From an uncultured Candidatus Saccharibacteria bacterium (GTDB lineage Bacteria > Patescibacteriota > WWE3 > UBA101185 > UBA10185), in contig CAZLZI010000002.1 in NCBI GenBank assembly GCA_964563965.1, positions 1 to 36,825 of the forward strand: 36,825 bases of DNA, read 5' to 3'. The position numbers were made by a program, and so were the translations under genes. The notes under the pieces were generated by a model. It saw nothing but the letters and a program-made list of their open reading frames with translations, was not told where the DNA came from and did no database searches. Positions 1-8,610 of the stretch are shown in pieces. Position 1 is the first letter of the stretch. Each line of letters opens with the position of its first letter.

Positions 1-317
1 TTCTCTGAAGGAGAAGTCGATCATTTAGGTGACCAAAATGTTACGGTCTCCACCAAGAATGATTTTTTACCAGTAACTAATCTCCTTTTGCTTGTTGCTC
101 AAGTTCTTACTTCTACTTAGTAGAGCTCTTTAAATCTTTAGCTTAGCTATCTAACATCCCATTTGAACAAGTTGAAATAGAACAAACTACTAAACTCAAG
201 AAGAAGGGTGCTTTTGAAAAAAAAACTCTTTCTCGAGTGGGTTGAGGAAAACTAATAGGCTATTGGATAGCCGAAACCAAACATACTAATATTACATTCC
301 TTGCATCTATTACTTCA

Positions 318-1763
318 CTAATCCGCTTTTATTGGGACTGGTGTTGTGCGCCTAAGATCTACGTATATGTTTTTAATCTTCTTATACTGAAGATACTCAC
401 TAAGATTAAAAGATTGGAAATTAGGTTTATCATACTTGGTTTGCAGATGCATGATAAAATTCCACTCCGTATCAAGCGCGGGACTATTGTTTTCGATACT
501 CTTTAGCTCTTGAAAGTGTTCGTAATGATAGCTAGAGTCAGCTGAAAGTCTTGCTAAATAAGCGTGATCTATTGGTCTTGCATGCGTACTAGGTTTATAC
601 GTATAAATCAACTTATCGAAGTTTATAATATTAATACTAACCAAAAGAATACTCGTAAAGACAATACTAGCTTCATAGAACTTTTTCATCGAAGTGCCTC
701 TATCAATATACTTGATGTATGAAACATAAATCCCGACTATCCATGCAATAACAACCAGTCCATATAACCTCTTATGAGTAAGACCCCATTGACTCATGTA
801 ATATAAATCACTACGTAAAGCCACAAGAAGCAGATAAACTAATTGGAGATAGAGTATGCTTTTTATAACATTGTAGGTTTTATCTCTAGTTTTATTATTA
901 AGCAACAACACAAAGACAACTAGACATACAGCACTTAATTGTGCAAAGACATCATTAGTCTGTTTAGAAAGATTGGTTGTTGTTGAAAAATGCGCATCTA
1001 ATTGAAAGAGACTAAATACAGAAATTAAAGTACAAGCAATTAACAAAGGTAATCTTAAATCTATCTTGTGTTGTAATGCAGTCGGGAGCGTAAGTAATGT
1101 TTTATTAGAATAGACCAAAGATAAGTATTTAAGTAGCAAGCCTGAAAAGACAATGGATGCTATAAGTCTATCGACCCTTACATTGCCACTTATATAGGTA
1201 AACAACCCCTTCAAATTAAATGCTTCAATCAAGGTCTCAAATAGCTTACCAAATTGTGGATTAGCAGAGCCAAGTAATGCGCCAACTACAGCAAAAGTTA
1301 GTAATGAAACAAGTACAACAATTAGTGTTTCGATAACCTGTTGTTTTGACTTTCGGGTAGGTTTATCAAGATAAGAAAGCTTTAGCTTAAAGATATTATG
1401 TTCTTTAAGAGTTTGCAGAATTACTAGCATTGGACTAACTATGAGACTGCTAAGATGTTCTTCTTTAGCCGAAGTAAGGGAGAGCAATGCACCTAAAAAG
1501 ATTATGCCTATGAGGTTAAGTACTATAACAATGTGGTTGGCCCTAATAATGAGAAAGAGTGCTAAAACTACTATCAGCAAGTACTCATATGTATGTAAGC
1601 GGGTTTTTTCTTGTTTGACATAATAAACTAGTGTAGCTAGATAGATGAAGAACACAGCCAAGCTTGTATTAGGGAAATAATCGCTATTAAAGAGTACAAA
1701 ACAAGTTAAAATACTAAGACCTACTGCAGAAAGAACCAAAAAATTGTTTCTTTTTGGACTCAT
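318..1763 (-). CDS. Polytopic integral membrane protein, function unknown (DUF4153/DUF4173-like by recollection only)
   Basis: 481-aa ORF made almost entirely of hydrophobic helices (e.g. LLIVVLALFLIIRANHIVIVLNLIGIIFLGALL). A -10-like box lies 6 nt upstream of ATG 1763. Confidence 0.8.
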   Translation of the reverse strand: MSPKRNNFLVLSAVGLSILTCFVLFNSDYFPNTSLAVFFIYLATLVYYVKQEKTRLHTYEYLLIVVLALFLIIRANHIVIVLNLIGIIFLGALLSLTSAKEEHLSSLIVSPMLVILQTLKEHNIFKLKLSYLDKPTRKSKQQVIETLIVVLVSLLTFAVVGALLGSANPQFGKLFETLIEAFNLKGLFTYISGNVRVDRLIASIVFSGLLLKYLSLVYSNKTLLTLPTALQHKIDLRLPLLIACTLISVFSLFQLDAHFSTTTNLSKQTNDVFAQLSAVCLVVFVLLLNNKTRDKTYNVIKSILYLQLVYLLLVALRSDLYYMSQWGLTHKRLYGLVVIAWIVGIYVSYIKYIDRGTSMKKFYEASIVFTSILLVSINIINFDKLIYTYKPSTHARPIDHAYLARLSADSSYHYEHFQELKSIENNSPALDTEWNFIMHLQTKYDKPNFQSFNLSEYLQYKKIKNIYVDLRRTTPVPIKAD

Positions 1764-1769
1764 GCTTGG

Positions 1770-1798
1770 ATGTTAGCAGATAGGATTTGCCGGTGCAA
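1770..1798 (-). promoter_or_regulatory. Sigma70-like promoter TTGCAC-17nt-TGcTAACAT ending 6 nt before ATG 1763 (leaderless transcript predicted)
   Basis: Read on the minus strand: TTGCAC (1798..1793), 17-nt spacer, TG-extended TAACAT (1778..1770), then ccaagc and ATG. Confidence 0.45.
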
Positions 1799-1892
1799 CT
1801 CCAGCAGTGGGAGCATTTTTATGCTCTTGAAGTTTGTGAGTATGGAAGGGTAGCTTTCGACCACTCTTGTGCTTAATTACTGCCTAAATCCA

Positions 1893-1921
1893 TTGACTAG
1901 TCATTTTTATCTACCTACAAT
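1893..1921 (+). promoter_or_regulatory. Sigma70-like promoter TTGACT-17nt-TACAAT upstream of the giant gene
   Basis: TTGACT at 1893-1898, exact 17-nt spacer, TACAAT at 1916-1921. ATG 1955 lies about 33 nt downstream. Confidence 0.5.
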
Positions 1922-1954
1922 TTATACAGGCGTAATTTTTATGTCCAACCTGTT

Positions 1955-4900
1955 ATGAAAACAAAAATTAGTTATTTGCGCACAAGAAGATCTAAATCAC
2001 TTATATTAAAGATTCTAATTTTACTACTGCCAATCGTGGGCGTAGGGATAATACTACACTCGGGTATCGTTAAAACCTTTGCAGAGGGGGATGTTGTCAC
2101 TACTAATTGGGATTTATCAACTCCGGGTAATTATGTGACATCGGACGATAATCTTGTTGAGATTACAGGTGGTATTGCCCAACATAAGGTACAAAACTAT
2201 GCTGATGATGCAAGTACTGGACTTCTACTCCATTTAGATGAATCTAGTGGTGCTGTTGCAGAAGACAGCTCGTCTCATGGCACAGATGGAGATGTTACCA
2301 ATGGTACATTTGGTACAGGTATTTTGAATAATGGACTGGCCTTTGGCGGAGTAAATTCCAAGCTTGAAGTAAATGATGCCTCGGGAGTTTCCCTTGGGCA
2401 GAATCATACGATAGAACTTTGGTCTAAATTAGATGAAACATTTTCTGCAACTGCTAAAGAAGCAAAATATGGCTTAGTTGATAAAGGAGATTACTCACTC
2501 TATTTCGATGATGAAACCGGCAAAATTACCTACGAATTAGCTAATTCAGCAGCAACTGAATGGACACAAGAAGCAGGAAACGACATAAATAGTAGCTGGG
2601 ATTTAAACGGCAAGTTAGCTGTGCATGATACTGTAGCTGTAGGCTCAGTGATTTACACTGCACTTGGTAATGCAGTAGGTGATGCAGAGGTTTGGAGCTA
2701 TACAGCAGGAACTTGGGCACAGATTGGGGGAGATGGCTTAAACTCAGGCTGGGATGCAGCTACTTATGAAAGTGTCTTTGCTTTAGCATCTAGCGGTACT
2801 GTGTTATATGCAGGTCTAGGTACAACAGCTGGGGATGGAGAGGTATGGAGTTGTGTAATTGCTGCAGGGTGTAATGACTGGACTAAAATCGGTGGGGATG
2901 GGATCAATACCAGTTGGGCAATAAATACTTTTGAAGGTGTGTATTCTATGACTTATTTTGGTGGTAACCTCTACGCTGGTGTTGGAAACACTGCAGGAGA
3001 TGCCGAGGTATGGCGTTGGAACGGCAGCTCTTGGACAAAAATTGGTGGTGATAGCTTACTTTCAGGTTGGACTACAAACTATGATTTGGTTTATGCAATG
3101 ACTAATGACGGTACAAATCTCTATGTTGGCCTTGGACTTACAGCCACTGAATCAGAGGTGTGGATGTGGAATGGTACCGTGTGGTCTAAAATAGGTGGCG
3201 ATGGGGTGAGCTCTAGCTGGAACACAGATTATGAATATGTTCTATCCCTTGATTATTTTGGTACAAGTCTTTATGTAGGACTAGGTAGTTCAGCAGGAGA
3301 TGCCGAGGTTTGGAGACTTTCATCTGGCACCTGGACCAAGATTGGCGGGGATGATTTAAATTCTGGCTGGACAACGGTTGGGGCATATGAAGGTGTCTAT
3401 TCACTTACTAATGATGGAACTAACCTATATGCAGGTCTAGGTGCTTCAGCAGGTGACAATGAGGTTTGGATGTGGAACGGTTCAGTTTGGGCTAAACTTG
3501 GTGGCGATGGTCTAAATTCCAGTTTTACAAACACACATACTTACGTCTCTGATCTTTATTTTGCAAATAACACTTTATATACGGGACTTACTACTACTAA
3601 TAATTCTGCAACCATGTGGACATATACAGAAGGAGCTTGGGCACTTATTGCAGGCAATTATGTAAAAAAAAGCTGGGGTTACTATAACTTACAATCAATC
3701 GAAGTTATGCAAGTATATGGGGATAATTTATATGCAGGCAGTGGATATACTGTTGCTGGAAATGCTTTAGTTTGGAAATTTAATGGCACTTCTTGGGAAC
3801 TCATCGGAGGACAAGGCTTAAATAATAGCTGGGGTATAGGTACATACGAGATTGTTTATTCTATGAAAACATTTGGGAATGAACTGTATGTTGGCTTGGG
3901 AAGTACAGCTGGTGATGCAGAAGTGTGGAAATGGAATGGCTCTAGTTGGATTCAAGTAGGAGGTGATAGTTTTAACTCCGGTTGGACAACTGGGTACGAA
4001 CAAGTAACTTCCCTTGCGGCTGATGAGAATTATCTCTACGCGGGACTTGGCAACAGTGCAAATGATGCAGAAGTATGGAGATGGAATGGTACAGCATGGG
4101 GTAAGATCGGTGGAGATAATTCTAATTCAGGTTGGGCTACTAATTATGAAATTGTCCAAGCTATGGTGCCGTTCAATGGTTATTTGTATGCGGCTTTGGG
4201 AAATACGGCAGGGGATTCTGAAGTATGGAGATGGAATGGTACAGTCTGGGCAAAGATTGGTGGAGATACTGCAGGTTCAAGCTGGGGAGCTACTATTGAA
4301 ATTGTAGATTCACTAATCGTTTATAAAGGTGAACTATTTGCATCCTTAGGCAACAGCACAGGAGATGCGCAAGTTTGGAAATATAATGGATCAACATGGG
4401 CACAAGTTGGTGGCGATGATGTAAATAGCAGTTGGACTAGCGGTACATTTGAACGAGTTCGAGCCATGGCAGTTTATAACGGTAAACTGTATGCTGGCCT
4501 TGGTACTACAGCTGGGGAAGGTGAAGTGTGGCGATATGATGGCTCTAGTTGGGAGAAGGTTGGGGGAGATACGATAAACTCAAGCTGGGCAAACAACGTC
4601 ATTGAAAGTGTCCATTCACTTACAGTTTATAATGGAAAACTGTATGCAGGGCTTGGCGAAACTGCCAACGTTGATCCTGCTGTCTGGTCCTATGGAGGAA
4701 ATAGTATCCTACGCTCGACTGCCTCTTCTTTTAATACTGATTGGAGACATATAGCAGCCACTTATAACGGATCGTCAATGAAACTTTACATAAATGGCAC
4801 TCTTGATACTCAAACGAGTGCCTCAGTCTCAGTCCCTGATTCATCGCTTGATGTATTAATTGGCTCGACCTATGGTAGTCCCTCACACGGTAAACCTTCA

Positions 4901-7837
4901 GGTTACTTTACAGGTAGTTTAGACGAAGTACGGCTAAGTTCAACTCCACGAACCTCTTTTAATACAACTGCCTATTCTGCTTCCCCTCAAACAGTAACCC
5001 CGCTTACTGCTGTTTATACAGAAGACATTGCTAACTATTCAGCCTTTAATGCTACAGAAGTATTAAATGGGGGCACAGTAACTTACAGACTGTCTAATGA
5101 TGGGGGGAGTACATGGAAGTATTGGAACGGTTCAGCTTGGGCTACGTCAGCGTCTCTTGCCAATGCGAATACTTATACCGATATACACACTAATATTGAG
5201 GCTTTTCCTGTAACTACAGGAGGATTTAAGTGGCAAGCTGTCTTAACTGGTGATGGTACGCAGCAAGTTCAGCTTGATCTTGTAAGTCTGTCAGCCATCG
5301 AAGATATAGAAAATCCGAATCCGCCATCGTTAATTGTTGCGCTTAATCAAGCTGGTGGTGGAACTTCACTTACCTCGACTGAATGGTATGCATATTCGTC
5401 TCCTTCTTTTACTTGGTCAGGAGCAACTGATGTTGGTGATGCAGGTATTGCAGGCTATTATGTATATTTTGGCACTGATAGCAGTGCAGTACCCTCAACA
5501 GCCGGTAATTTTCAAGCGGGAACAACATATACAGCAACTAGTCTAGTCAATGGCAGTACCTACTATTTAAGAATACAAACAAAAGATAATGCTCAAAATG
5601 TAAGCACACCGTATAGTGCCTTTACGTATAAATTTGATAACTCAGTACCCACTAACCCTAGTACTATTACTGTAACTCCTACTGGGTATGCAGCCACAAA
5701 TTCATTTACATTTGCTTGGCCTACTTCGGGAGATGGTATAGCTACAGATTCAGGTTCTGGTATTGCTGGTTATCAATATAAGACAGGGGCATCAAGCGGT
5801 GTGTTAAGTGAATGGTCCTCGGTCACCACAGCAAATTCAATTACAATCGATTCAGCAGCCTATTCTAGTGAAGTAAACACATTCTATTTACGAGTTATCG
5901 ATGAGGCAGGAAACACCGCGGCAACACCATTGTCTGTTAATTATTATTATGCTGGGGATGGTCCTTCAGTGCCTAGATTTGTAACTGCTACCCCATCATC
6001 AAGTACGACAAATTCATTTGCCTTTTCTTGGCAAGCACCAGAGAATTTTTCAGGCAATGCATCAGATTTAACATACTGTTATTCAATAAATAGTTTGCCT
6101 TCAGAGTCGACATGCACTTATACAAGTGCGGGTGCTACGTCATTATCTGCCAGTGCTTTTGCAACGCAAGTTGGGCTTAATACTTTTTATGTAGTTGCAA
6201 AAAACAGTGATGATGTGGGTGGCTCTATAAACTACGGTGCTTATGGTTCAGCTACCTTTACTGCAAATACCTCAGCACCAGGGATTCCGGTTGGGCTTGA
6301 GATATCAGATGTCTCAATTAAATCTCAAGAGGCATGGCGACTAGCACTGTCATGGGCAGTGCCTGAAGATATAGGCTCCGGTGTTTCTTCCTATAAAGTT
6401 TATCGGGCTGATGAAGATACAGAGTCAGAATATACTTATCTTGCATCGGTAAACTCCAGTACTGCATCAACTGGAGCTGCCTATATAGACACAGAACTAT
6501 TACAGCAAAATTATTATTATAAGATTAAAGCTTGTGATAGTGTCTCTAACTGTGGAGCTTTTACCTCATCAGTAGTTTTACTCCCAACTGGTAAATTTAC
6601 AGAAGCCGCTGCCATAGAAGATGATCCGAAAGTCACAAGTATTACAACTAAACAAGCAACCGTTTCATGGTCGACAAATCGAACAAGTGATTCTAAAGTT
6701 CAATACGGAAAGAGTTCAGATGACTATTTCGACGCTGAACCATCAAACTCTACGCAAGTTACTGCCCACGAAATCGTGCTTACCAATTTAAGCCCTGGGA
6801 CCAAGTATTATGCTGTTGCCAAGTGGACTGATGAGGATGGTAATACCGGACTTAGTGATGAGTTTACATTCACTACACAACCAGCCCCCACAGTTACTGA
6901 TCCATCAGTTAAACAGGCTGGTATCACCACTCTTACACTTCAATACACGGTTAAAGATGCCTCAAAGGTAAAAATTTACTATGGTAAGACTTCTGCGTTT
7001 GGTGCATCGCTTGAGCTATCTACTTCAACAAAATCTACAACTTACGCAACTACACTTGATGACTTAGAAGATGGTACTAAATATTATTACAAAATAAATA
7101 CCTTTGATAGCGAAGGTGAAGAATACGAAGGAAGTATATTATCCTTTGAAACTTTACCAAGGCCAAAGATAGCCGATGTTAAAATACAGCAAATTAAAAA
7201 TTCAGCCCAACCCTCAGTTCTTGTTTCGTGGACGACTAATACTGAAGTTTCTTCTATCGTAACTTATGCCCCGACATCAAATCCTGCGGATACCAAAGAT
7301 GAGGTTAATGTAGCACTTATCAAAGGTCTCCACCGAGTTCTCATTAAAAGTCTTTTGCCTGAAACACCATATACTATAATTGTAAAAGGTAGAGATAAAG
7401 CTGGTAATGAGGCTCAAAGTGATCCGCAGAAGATTACAACTGCAACTGATACTCGTCCGGCTGAACTTACTGATTTAAATGTTGAGCCAAGTATTGCTTT
7501 ATCTCAAAATAAAGAAGCTACCGCTCAACTGGTAGTAAGCTGGAATACAGATGAACCTGCAACATCACAGGTTGAGTTTGGAGAGGGGACTGGGTCTACC
7601 TATTCACAAAAATCTCAAGAAGATAAAAATTTAACCTTTAACCATGTTGTAGTTATCTCAAATCTTAATACCTCTAAAGTTTACCATTTGCGAGCTAGCT
7701 CAAAAGATAAAGCTGGAAATACTGCTACATCCGTTGATACAGTTACTATAACACCAAAAGCATCGGAGAATGCACTTAACCTTGTAATTACTAATCTTGG
7801 CGAAGTCTTTGGATTTCTAAAAGGAGTTGAATACTAA
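1955..7837 (+). CDS. Giant (1960 aa) membrane-anchored surface protein: LamG-like, 14 Kelch-like beta-propeller blades, Asp-box module, about 8 Fn3-like domains
   Basis: N-terminal hydrophobic anchor at aa 15-35. LamG (Laminin_G_3)-like N-half at aa ~88-200. 14 units of ~50 aa (LYAGLGxTAGDAEVWRWNGxxWxKIGGDxxNSxW) at aa ~205-915. LamG C-half signature WRHIAATYNGSSMKLYINGT...FTGSLDEVRLS at aa ~926-996. Asp-box LSNDGGSTW at aa 1046-1054. Repeated Fn3-like modules at aa ~1120-1935, the last four resembling purple-acid-phosphatase N-terminal type Fn3 (SWSTNxxSDSKVQYG). Confidence 0.95.
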   Translation: MKTKISYLRTRRSKSLILKILILLLPIVGVGIILHSGIVKTFAEGDVVTTNWDLSTPGNYVTSDDNLVEITGGIAQHKVQNYADDASTGLLLHLDESSGAVAEDSSSHGTDGDVTNGTFGTGILNNGLAFGGVNSKLEVNDASGVSLGQNHTIELWSKLDETFSATAKEAKYGLVDKGDYSLYFDDETGKITYELANSAATEWTQEAGNDINSSWDLNGKLAVHDTVAVGSVIYTALGNAVGDAEVWSYTAGTWAQIGGDGLNSGWDAATYESVFALASSGTVLYAGLGTTAGDGEVWSCVIAAGCNDWTKIGGDGINTSWAINTFEGVYSMTYFGGNLYAGVGNTAGDAEVWRWNGSSWTKIGGDSLLSGWTTNYDLVYAMTNDGTNLYVGLGLTATESEVWMWNGTVWSKIGGDGVSSSWNTDYEYVLSLDYFGTSLYVGLGSSAGDAEVWRLSSGTWTKIGGDDLNSGWTTVGAYEGVYSLTNDGTNLYAGLGASAGDNEVWMWNGSVWAKLGGDGLNSSFTNTHTYVSDLYFANNTLYTGLTTTNNSATMWTYTEGAWALIAGNYVKKSWGYYNLQSIEVMQVYGDNLYAGSGYTVAGNALVWKFNGTSWELIGGQGLNNSWGIGTYEIVYSMKTFGNELYVGLGSTAGDAEVWKWNGSSWIQVGGDSFNSGWTTGYEQVTSLAADENYLYAGLGNSANDAEVWRWNGTAWGKIGGDNSNSGWATNYEIVQAMVPFNGYLYAALGNTAGDSEVWRWNGTVWAKIGGDTAGSSWGATIEIVDSLIVYKGELFASLGNSTGDAQVWKYNGSTWAQVGGDDVNSSWTSGTFERVRAMAVYNGKLYAGLGTTAGEGEVWRYDGSSWEKVGGDTINSSWANNVIESVHSLTVYNGKLYAGLGETANVDPAVWSYGGNSILRSTASSFNTDWRHIAATYNGSSMKLYINGTLDTQTSASVSVPDSSLDVLIGSTYGSPSHGKPSGYFTGSLDEVRLSSTPRTSFNTTAYSASPQTVTPLTAVYTEDIANYSAFNATEVLNGGTVTYRLSNDGGSTWKYWNGSAWATSASLANANTYTDIHTNIEAFPVTTGGFKWQAVLTGDGTQQVQLDLVSLSAIEDIENPNPPSLIVALNQAGGGTSLTSTEWYAYSSPSFTWSGATDVGDAGIAGYYVYFGTDSSAVPSTAGNFQAGTTYTATSLVNGSTYYLRIQTKDNAQNVSTPYSAFTYKFDNSVPTNPSTITVTPTGYAATNSFTFAWPTSGDGIATDSGSGIAGYQYKTGASSGVLSEWSSVTTANSITIDSAAYSSEVNTFYLRVIDEAGNTAATPLSVNYYYAGDGPSVPRFVTATPSSSTTNSFAFSWQAPENFSGNASDLTYCYSINSLPSESTCTYTSAGATSLSASAFATQVGLNTFYVVAKNSDDVGGSINYGAYGSATFTANTSAPGIPVGLEISDVSIKSQEAWRLALSWAVPEDIGSGVSSYKVYRADEDTESEYTYLASVNSSTASTGAAYIDTELLQQNYYYKIKACDSVSNCGAFTSSVVLLPTGKFTEAAAIEDDPKVTSITTKQATVSWSTNRTSDSKVQYGKSSDDYFDAEPSNSTQVTAHEIVLTNLSPGTKYYAVAKWTDEDGNTGLSDEFTFTTQPAPTVTDPSVKQAGITTLTLQYTVKDASKVKIYYGKTSAFGASLELSTSTKSTTYATTLDDLEDGTKYYYKINTFDSEGEEYEGSILSFETLPRPKIADVKIQQIKNSAQPSVLVSWTTNTEVSSIVTYAPTSNPADTKDEVNVALIKGLHRVLIKSLLPETPYTIIVKGRDKAGNEAQSDPQKITTATDTRPAELTDLNVEPSIALSQNKEATAQLVVSWNTDEPATSQVEFGEGTGSTYSQKSQEDKNLTFNHVVVISNLNTSKVYHLRASSKDKAGNTATSVDTVTITPKASENALNLVITNLGEVFGFLKGVEY
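2567..4699 (+). repeat. Intragenic tandem array of 14 diverged ~150-153-nt units encoding Kelch-like blades
   Basis: The conserved Trp of the (A)EVW motif falls at aa 247, 298, 353, 403, 453, 505, 555, 607, 658, 708, 758, 808, 859 and 911, a spacing of 50-55 aa. An identical 25-mer occurs at 4070-4094 and 4220-4244, offset by exactly 150 nt. Confidence 0.9.
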
Positions 7838-8610
7838 TGCCTGCAGTCATAAGAGTAGAAAACTTACAAAAATCTTTTAGAGTAGGAGTTCAAGATATAC
7901 CGGTTATAAAAGGTGTGACGTTCCAAATAAACACTGGGGACTTTGCCGTTATAGTTGGAGCATCTGGGTCAGGTAAATCCACACTCCTCCATATGATTTT
8001 AGGACTTGAAATTCCATCTGCTGGCGAGGTTTATATTCTTGAAAACGATATCTATAAATTAGGCAATGAAGATGACAGGTCTAAGTTTAGAAAAAGGCAT
8101 GTAGGTATGGTTTACCAGCAACCTAATTGGATAAAATCTATTACTGTAATTGAAAATATTGCATTCCCTCTATTGCTATTAGGTATGGATAAAGTCAGCG
8201 CTATTATGAAAGCAAGTACCTTGTTACTTGATTTGAAGTTGCAGAATTGGGCACATTATCTGCCAACTGAACTCTCAGGCGGTCAACAACAAAAGATTGC
8301 ATTGGCACGTGCACTCATTACTGATCCTGATATCATTATTGCAGACGAACCTACAGGTAATTTAGATTTTGAATCGGGTCAGGCATTGATGCAGCAACTA
8401 CTGGATCTTAATAACAAAGGCAAGACTATTTTAATGGTTACACATGATTTAGAATATTTAAAGTATGCAAAAACTGCGATTAAAGTGTTTGACGGAACAA
8501 TTGCAGGGATATATTCAGGTCAAGAAAAAGAAGAGTTTCAAGGTAGTTTTTTAGGCAAGAAAAGGACCATAGCTGATGAGGCTGCTCAATCTTCTACTTC
8601 GAATAATTAA
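7837..8610 (+). CDS. ABC transporter ATP-binding protein, MacB/LolD/FtsE type
   Basis: Walker A GASGSGKST, signature LSGGQQQKIALARAL, Walker B IIIADEPTGNLD, H-loop VTHD. The ATG overlaps the giant-gene stop (TAATG at 7835-7839). Confidence 0.93.
   Translation: MPAVIRVENLQKSFRVGVQDIPVIKGVTFQINTGDFAVIVGASGSGKSTLLHMILGLEIPSAGEVYILENDIYKLGNEDDRSKFRKRHVGMVYQQPNWIKSITVIENIAFPLLLLGMDKVSAIMKASTLLLDLKLQNWAHYLPTELSGGQQQKIALARALITDPDIIIADEPTGNLDFESGQALMQQLLDLNNKGKTILMVTHDLEYLKYAKTAIKVFDGTIAGIYSGQEKEEFQGSFLGKKRTIADEAAQSSTSNN

Noticed and set aside
1-120. Open reading frame from the window edge to TAG 118-120 (FSEGEVDHLGDQNVTVSTKNDFLPVTNLLLLVAQVLTST*), possibly the 3' end of a plus-strand gene.
   Set aside because: It is only 39 codons with no recognisable motif and it lies at the window edge. 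I cannot support it as a feature, so I mention it only as context for the 121-317 gap.
258-272. Hairpin GGCTAT-TGG-ATAGCC, and a second one, GAGCAT-TTTT-ATGCTC, at 1811-1826, considered as intrinsic terminators.
   Set aside because: The stems are 6 bp, AT-containing and lack a following T-tract. The second lies in a divergent promoter region with no upstream gene to terminate.
1942-1959. Five-codon upstream ORF (ATG TCC AAC CTG TTA TGA) overlapping the giant-gene ATG in an ATGA arrangement.
   Set aside because: It is too short to tell from chance in AT-rich DNA, and I have no supporting conservation.
3213-5546. ORFs of 61-97 aa inside the giant gene (3213-3404 minus, 3818-4003 minus, 4014-4307 plus, 5334-5546 plus).
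   Set aside because: They are alternative-frame or antisense shadows of a strongly supported 1960-aa ORF. The periodic KYGDGMVQ in the 4014-4307 translation only reflects the 150-nt DNA repeat.
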